Shown: positions 55,502 through 64,000 of the stretch, in pieces
Numbering within the stretch: the stretch's first letter is position 1
Layout of the letters: the number at the start of each line of letters is the position of its first letter
From: Octopus vulgaris
Lineage: Eukaryota
NCBI GenBank assembly: GCA_951406725.2
Contig: OX597827.1
Span: forward strand, 9,672,001 to 9,736,000
Direction of reading: 5' to 3'
Length of the DNA stretch: 64,000 nucleotides
Program-made: the position numbers and the translations under genes
The notes under the pieces: generated by a model
What the model was told of the DNA's origin: nothing
Databases searched by the model: none
The model's input: only the letters and a program-made list of their open reading frames with translations

Positions 55502-58500
55502 TTATAGCCATGAGTATTACAGATTAGGAGATGATCTTCCGACAAATAGTAGTTTGTTAAATTTCTGCTGCTTTTAAATTATAGCCATGAGTATTACAGA
55601 TTAGGAGATGATCTTCTGACAAATATAGTTTGAAATTCAGTTTTGTTGGAACGTGAAACTCCGAGTAACAGCTTTTGTTAAATTTCTGCTGCTTTTAAAT
55701 TATAGCCATGAGTATTACAGATTAGGAGATGATCTTCTGACAAATATAGTTTGAAGTTCAGTTTCAGTTCCCAGTGGAAGTATTTCATTTAAATTATGTT
55801 GTTAATACTCTTAGAATAAACATTTTTAAGCAAGACTCACTACTTCATTTCTGAAAATGGGAGAAGTACTAATGCAATGATGAATAACTCCGAGCACGAA
55901 AGGTCAAGAAATTGACTGTATTTCACCAGCAAGAGGGATGAATAAACGTCTCTGTACCGATTATCTCATTTCTGAGTCCTTGAAGAAATATAATGCCTGG
56001 TCACATATTATGTAAATTTTGTTTAATTAAAATTAAAAAGAAGAAAAAACAAGCAAACAAACAAAAAACAGCATGAACTTTTCTGATAAAGCATCAAAAT
56101 TTAATAATATTTTATTATATAAACACGAAGTCTGTGGAGAATTGTGACTTTGTGATGTTCATGGTTCTCTCAGAATCATTAGCAATGTCAGCTTTGCAGA
56201 CCGAGTTTTCCAACTTTAAATAATGTAAATGGAATTGTAACATCAGATAAATTATAATTGTCATTATAATTGTCATTTTTATAGATTTTATTTCTTGATG
56301 AGACAATTCCCTAAGTTCTCATATAATGAAAACAGCCAATAAACACAAGTTAAAAGAAAATATTTCTTATGAAATGGCTGCTTCTTTAACATCTGGTTGT
56401 GAAATTCTGTTCTTGCTGTAAATCAAACTTAAATTCAGAGATAAAATGATCTTGGATATTGAAGCAGTTATTGTTATTCTTTTACAAAAGAATATTCTTT
56501 TTAAATAAATAAATATAATTTTGAAAATGCCATAAAATGTTTAATAGGTTTATTGTTAGCATTTCTTCAAATTTTTATTTTCTCCAAGAAAATATAACTT
56601 GTAAGTAGTCAAACACTTGATGAATCATAGAAATCCATATCTTTTGTAATCACATGCTAGTGAAATATCACTGGTACCATCTCATGGGAGCAAGAATGGC
56701 TACTGTACATTTCAGAAGTTAGCTTCATAACAACATCATTGAGCATTTGATCCTACAGTGCTGAACCCAGAAAAAGAGTATTATGCTATGATTTGGTTCA
56801 AGAAAAAAAAAAAAACAAAAAAAAACAGGTGAGTGAAATTTGCTTGAGAGAAACTATGTGAAAGGTTGCATGTGTGACTGTTGCTGTTCTTGAATGGATA
56901 CATGTCATCTGTCTCTGGGTTTAACGCCACCACCTAGACTTTGGCCACTTTTAACATCCAGTGTTGAAGTCAATCAGGCAAGGTTTGCTGGTCTGAGGGT
57001 AACTTCGCTTCCTCCAATGAGCTCCTGATGCCAAGAAGTGGGTAATGGATATTGTACTTCTTTATCTGAGTTAGTAATGAAATTAAACTTAAAAAAACAC
57101 ACCACTACCTAGGTAAGGTACTAAACTTTTTTTGCTCTACTAACTAAAATGGAGCACTGAACTAACTCATCATTTTCAGTAACAAAATAAAAAAAAAATG
57201 TAAATATTTCCAAAGTCTTAGATGATTGCAAGGAGGTGGAGTTTAGCCGAATTTTTATAGCATTGTACTGATGAGAGATATAAAAGAGAATTGCTGGTCT
57301 ACATCAGATAAAAAAAATTCCAGATAATCAGATAACTATTTCAGACAAGTTTGATCTTCCCATATTGAAATCCTCTCTCACTCAATAAACTAAGTATTTA
57401 CATTATTCGTGGGAGGATGCAATTTTACTTCACTCTCCCTACAGATACATTCATTTCTTTATCCTTTTTGGGTTTTTTTTTCAGCAATACTCTTTACTCC
57501 ACCTTCATAATAACAACATCTTTTACTTTTCACTCACAACAGAAACATTTATTACTTACCCACCCTTTCCATAGAATCACTCACTACTTCCATTCAGCCC
57601 TTTCAATATAGCAGTGAAATCTCTCTCAAATCACACCTTAACACTTTCTAAACATCTTTATTTGTTGTATCTAGAGGAAGGGGTTGGTTCAGGCATTTCA
57701 CGGGCCTTAGACTGATGAAAGTGAAGCCATTAACATTCTGCTTAAGCTGGTTAACAGTTGATGGCTGCAGGAAAGACATGCTGGGATGGCACTCCAGATG
57801 GCCAACATCCTGAAGGAAAAGGTTGTGGTTTCATGGTCAGGATGGGGCTTCAGACATTTGTCTTCAGTGCAACTTGAAGAATGATAAGAAAATGAAAGAT
57901 GAATTGGTAATGCTTGAGTGAAGGTGGCACAAGACCAGCCAGCTCTGAGAAGCTGAGGTTATTTTAGTAGCATCTGAAAATGCAAAGAAAGGAAACAGAT
58001 ATTTAGGGGCCATAAGTTGGAATGTGTTGACAAATGACTTCATGATGAAAAAAAACAACAAAAGAAAACCTTCTAATATGTCATTTAAAAATATTGAATA
58101 ATGTAAACTCTGCCTTCTCATACGAGGTGGTCATAGCTTATATATCTTTTTTTTTTTACTTGTTGAGCACAGAAGCAGAGGCAGAGCCCACAAAATTTAC
58201 AGGACCTCCAAGACTACTGAAGTTGACTAGCAATCTTTGACTAGAAGTGTGTTGTAAGAGGATTTACCTGGGTTCAAACAACAATTTCATTATTTATTCC
58301 TTCAGTGCAGCAAAATATATTGTTTCACTGGGGATGGTCAAAAATAAGTTAAATCCTCTGACCGATCAATTATATGGGTAGAATGAAACAATTGGGTACA
58401 GCAATTTGGATGCTTGGATATTTAGCATGGCTGACAAGATTTTGAACCTGTTTTGGCAACTGTACTGTTTGACACCACAGGCAAACACATATGCATGTAC

Positions 58501-59239
58501 ATAGAGAGAGAGAGAGAGAGAGAGAGGAAAAGAGAAAGAGAGAAAGAGAAAGAGAGAAAGAGAAAGAGAGAGATTGAGAGAGGGAGAGAGAGAGAGTCAT
58601 TGCAATACATTACTTCAACACAATTGAGGTAGACACTTTCAGTCTCTTTTGACACAAAAAGAGAAATAGACTTACACATGTAGAGAGAGAGAGAGAGAGA
58701 GAGAGAGGGGGAAGGAGAAAGAGAGAGAGGGAGAGAGAGAGAGCGAGAGAGAGAGAGAGAGAGGGAGAGAGACTGACAGCCAGAGAAAGCAAAAGAAAGT
58801 TCTTGCAACATTGTTATTCTATTAGTGAGAAATTGTTGATAGCTTCTTCAACAATTCACCATTTCTGGAGAAAGGGACATTCTGAACAGCCTCCTACAAC
58901 TCTTCTCACTGGACAATTAAATTAAATCAGAAAGAAAGAGAGACAGACAGACAGACAGACAGAAGAATGACCCCCAGTTCTCGAGGGGTACTTCATTCAT
59001 TGATCTCAAAGTGATAAAATGCTGTGTGTATATTTATGTGTGTGTATGTCAGTGTGTGTGTGTTTATGAGTGTGTATGTCAGTGTGTGTGTGTTTATGTG
59101 TGTGTATGTCAGTGTGTGTGTGTTTATGTGTGTGTATGTTTGTGTGTGTGTGTGTGTATGTTTGTGTGTGTTTCTGTGTGAATAAATCAACCTTAACAGT
59201 TATTCTATTAGTCACACTTTTACTGAACTACTAAATTTT

Positions 59240-59298
<59 letters not shown>

Positions 59299-59767
59299 GT
59301 GTGTGCTGTGTGTGTATTTCTGTGTGTGTGTTTGTGTGTGTGTGTGCACATGTGTGTGTGTGTGCACATGTACATTATTTCACATTGCTCCGGTTCACTC
59401 AGCTGTAGACACATGAGTTGCGATGCCACTGGTGTCAAGCTGTGTCAGCCTTTGTCAGTGGCACAGAAAGGGGAGGCTGGTAAATCTTTTGCTGGTTTTG
59501 GTCATAATGCTGCTTTCGTGATAGAATATTGCTTTCATGTGTTTAATTGATTGCAGCACTTATTAGTCTGGTCTTTATTTTATCAATCTCTGTTCCTCAA
59601 ACGGCTAAGTTACCTTTCTTGATGTAAAGAGATGCACAGTCAAACACTTGTCTGCATTGGAGTATGTGCATATATGAGTAATTATCTGTCTATTTACTGC
59701 ACATCCATGCATACACACTCATATGGTTACACATACATGCTTATGTATATGTGTATGTATATATACC

Positions 59768-59976
59768 CTTTTACTCTTTTACTCTTTTACTTGTTTCAGT
59801 CAGTTGACTGCGGCCATGCTGGAGCACCGCCTTTAGTCGAGCAAATCAACCCCGGGACTTTGTAAGCCCAGTACTTATTCTATCGGTCTCTTTTGCCGAA
59901 CCACTAAGTTACAGGGACGTAAACACACCAGCATCGGTTGTCAAGCAATGCTAGGGGGATGAACACAGGCACACAA

Positions 59977-60013
<37 letters not shown>

Positions 60014-60169
60014 CGACAGGCTTCTTTCAGTTTCCTTCTACCAAATCCACTCACAAGGTTGGCCCAGGGCTATAGCAGAAGACCCTTGCCCAAGATGCCA
60101 CGCAGTGGGACTGAACCCTGAACCATGTGGTTGGTAGGCAAGCTACTTACCACACAGCCACTCCTGCGC
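59768..60169 (-). mobile_element. OK-type SINE
   Basis: Full-length copy with small deletions. Confidence 0.85.
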
Positions 60170-60827
60170 ACACACACACTCACATACATGATGGAGTCCC
60201 TCACTGATTCCCTATTCTAAATTCACTCAAAAAACATTAGTCTGCTCCAGGCTATGGTAGAAGACACTTGTCCTAAGGGCCAAGGTGTCATATTTCAATG
60301 CACCTGTACTCAGAGCATTGAAGCTCAAAAATGAAAACCCTTATCTTTTCTTAACTGGACGTGTCTTCCCTACGGAACTATGAATAATATTAATCAATCG
60401 ATCATCCATACAAAACAGTTTACATTAAACTGGCTATGCACAAAAGACGACTAGGATCCAGTTTTCCAGTAAAAAGGAGAGTAAAAGGAGAGTAAAAAGG
60501 AGAGTAATGAGGATTGCCAAGTTAATAACCACATTAATAAATGTTGCAATTAAAACAAAAAGACATTGCTCAAACATTGATCATCTTGTGATTGTTAGTG
60601 TGTGTGTATTTATGTGTATTTATGTGTGTGTTTATGTGTGTGTATGTTTGTGCTTATGTGTGTGTATGTTTGTGTGTGTGTGTGTGTGTGCTGTGTGTGT
60701 GTTTCTGTGTGTGTGTTTATGTGTGTGTTTATGTGTGTGTTTATGTGTGTGTATGTTTGTGTGTGTGTGTGTGTGTATGTGTGTGCTGTGTGTGTGTGTG
60801 CTGTGTATGTGTTTCTGTGTGTGTATT

Positions 60828-60914
<87 letters not shown>

Positions 60915-61224
60915 ACATGTGTGTGTGTGTTTACATGGTGTGTTGAGTTGATAATCTTTTGCTGGTTTTGGTCATAATGCTGCTTTCATAATAGAATATT
61001 GCTTTCATGTGTTTAATTGATTGCAGCACTTATTAGTCTGGTCTTTATTTTATCAATCTCTATTCCTCAAATGGCTAAGTTACCTTTCTCGATGTAAAGA
61101 GACACACTTGTCTGCAATGGAGTATGTGCATATATGTGTAATTATCTGTCTATTTACTGCACATCCATGCATACATACACATATGGTTACACGTACATGC
61201 TTATGTATATGTGTATGTATATAT

Positions 61225-61337
61225 ATCTGACTCATACTTTCCAGACATTTGTACATTACTGCATATACTCTATATGCACTTTCTGGCAAGTTGTGGTGCA
61301 CCTGAGCACTGTATACAATAATTTCATTATTATTATA
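61225..61337 (+). mobile_element. 3' terminus of the same CR1-group LINE family as 16615-17133
   Basis: Shared TTTCCAGACATTTGTACATTAC...GTGGTGCACCTGAGCACTGTATACAATAATTTCATTATTATT. Confidence 0.8.
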
Positions 61338-61539
61338 TATATATATATATACTACCAGGAGCTGGATATAAATTTGTTAGTTTGTTGAGGTATTATTCTA
61401 TAATTGGATGCCCTTCCTGTTGCTAAGCTTAACTTGATTTTCAAGTCAGGGCCTTTCATCTTTTTAGCTCACATGTCAAAAGCACAGACCAACAGGATCA
61501 TATATTTACTGGGAATATCAAGATGACATCATGGATTTT

Positions 61540-61704
61540 GGTCTAAGGTGCAGAATGCAAATATGCCGACGACCGCTCGGTTCAAAGTCTCCCTTGACCA
61601 CAAGTGGCCTGAACTCTTTACATGAACACTACCCTGTACATAACTCCATGTCCCCCTACATGGCCTTGCTTTTTGCTTTTTGAGCCAAAAAATTAACTAA
61701 CTAA
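61540..61704 (+). mobile_element. CR1-like LINE 3' end with (TAAC)n tail (second copy)
   Basis: Near-identical to 30966-31143. Confidence 0.75.
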
Positions 61705-62362
61705 CATACATGCATACATATTGTCTACACAGTGAGAACAAACTCTTTACTGCATGGTTTCAAAGCAAACTTCTTAACCACATGCTCATGGCTACAGAGA
61801 GTCAGGCAGTTAAAAAGTTCACTTCACAACCAAGTGGTTTCTGGTTCGATCCCACTGCCAATCAATGTCTTAAGAGTGATTTTTTACTTGAAGGTGACTG
61901 GAAAGGGCCTGTTGCATAAATGCATATATACATACATATACAATTACATACAAACATGTATACATATATACATACATACATTTATGTATGTGTGTGTGTG
62001 TGGAAGTGAATATGTGTGTTGGGTCTTTTACATCTCTTGACACTTGTGTTTTGATTGTAAACATTGACATCATTCATACAGATGGTGTCATTTGTTTGCC
62101 ATTTTTCAGGAAAACATATCCAGCCTTTGATCTCTTCATTGTTTGAAGTTCTAGGGGATATGTTACTTTGTTTGGAATCAGATGCAGGTTTGTTCAACAG
62201 GGAGAGCTTCTAACCTTAGAGAACTTTTTGCAACAAGGTTACACCTGACCCTTGGAAGCATGAAAAAGTGGACATCAAAGACATGATGATGATGATGAGG
62301 ATATCTATTATGATGATGATGGCGATGATGATGATGATGATGGAGATGACAATGACAATGAT

Positions 62363-62393
<31 letters not shown>

Positions 62394-64000
62394 ACATAAA
62401 TGATGATAACAACTAAGATGATGATAACAATGACAATGATGAAGATGATGGCAATGATGATAGCAAAATTAAAATTTTGATGATGATGACAATGATGAGA
62501 ATGATGATGATGATGATGATGAGAAGGATGTTGCTGTTTCTGCTGTGTCCATTTATATACTGTAAATGGTTCAATGAAATAAGAACAAGACTGCAAAAGG
62601 CTTTGTGGCGAATGCAGTCAGCTAAAATCCTGAAAGCCGGTGCCCAGGCATGGCCAGAGTCAAATGACTGTCACCAGTAAAGCAATAAAAGAAAAAAAAC
62701 AAAACTACTCATGATATTTCTCGAAGTATTAACTTGGAAATATCATGAGTAGCTTTTTTTTTAATTTTTTTATTTATTTATTTATTCAGCAAAAAACGAA
62801 ACAAACTAAAGAAAGAATAATCAAAACGATATGAAAATCCAATAAATAAGTAAATATATATAATGTGATTTTCTGTCTGCTGATATCAATAGAAAGTTTG
62901 ATAAATGTAGCTGAACTATACAGAATGAAGTATGAGCTTTCATATCAAACATTCTGGTTGGAATAATGAATATATTGTAAGTAATTATCTTTAGCAAAAG
63001 AATTTCTCTGTTTGCAAATCACTTATATATATATTTCAATGTAGCATTTAGCTCTAGTGAAAAGCTCAGTGAGTATTTCTAAGCTTATCCATTATTTCCT
63101 TCTCCTTAAGCAAATAAGTCATTAGGGGAATGAATTCTATTTGTTATTTTCTCTTCATTTTATTTCTATTTTAATCCATCTATAACAAGAAACAAAATTT
63201 TGTTTTATCGGATTATTTAAATAATCGTAGTTATATTACATTAGCCTTTAAAAGGCTTTGTCGTAATCTTTAATCACTGCATGTAATCTAGTTTTAGATC
63301 TTGCGAGTTTAGTTATCTAACGACTAAACAAAGGTAGATAGAGTAAAAGAAATTCTCTGTATTCTAAAATAGAGATTGTCTTTGAATAGAGAAGACATAG
63401 AAAGTTGAATTCTAGGTAGGTAATTTTGACAAAAAGTAATTTATATCTTTTATTTAAAAATAATACACACTGCAATACCTATTTAGAACTAAAAGAATAA
63501 ATTAATATTTAAAATAAAATAATAAGGATGAAAATAACTTGTAGTTTGCTTTTAATCATCATCATCATCATCATCATTGTTGTTGTTGTTGTTGTTGACA
63601 TCATCATTGTCATCATCATCATTGTCGTCATCATCATCAACATCATCACTATCAATATCATCATTGCCATTGTCATCATTGTCATTTAATGTCTATTCCC
63701 CATGCTGGCATAGATTGGTTTGTCAGGGTCTGATGAGCCCTAGGGCAATGTCAAGCTCCAATGTTTGCTTTGGCATGGTCTCTATGGTTGGATACCTTTC
63801 TTGATGCCAACCACTTAACTGGGGACATGGGGTGCTTTTTATATGCCACTAGCACTAGTAAGTTGCAAGACAGAAAAAAACCCCTCAAAACAGGAAAAAG
63901 ATTAAAAGCTCCTAAGTTTGTGTTTGAGGAATATTTGAAAGGTGGAGGTGCCCTTAATCCAAGTGACAGGAGGCTAAAGTGTGACAGAGGAACATGTACA

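Noticed and set aside
55502-55760. Repeat-spacer-like pattern that could be mistaken for CRISPR
   Set aside because: Eukaryotic context, no cas genes, and the spacers are not unique; it is a triplicated TE junction.

Overview
AT-rich, microsatellite-saturated eukaryotic DNA, very probably from an octopus; this is inferred from the SINE families and the protocadherin type. The only credible gene is a minus-strand protocadherin. One ~2.4-kb exon (ATG 24934 to splice donor 22529) encodes the signal peptide, six cadherin repeats, a TM helix and the start of the cytoplasmic tail. A candidate promoter and non-coding first exon lie at ~38.7-39.1 kb. The rest is intronic or intergenic: many tRNA-derived SINEs of at least four families, CR1, RTE and R4/Dong LINE remnants, a mariner fossil, a Gypsy integrase fossil and TTAA-type MITEs. 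Nearly all other ORFs in the track are microsatellite artefacts. The most notable unannotated signal is a set of minimal type-I hammerhead ribozyme motifs from several unrelated Penelope-like element families, some with fold-back inversions and a target-site duplication. Also notable are an apparently calcium-deficient EC3-EC4 linker in the protocadherin and a Dong-like insertion into a (TAA)n tract. All analysis was by eye; no searches or folding computations were run.
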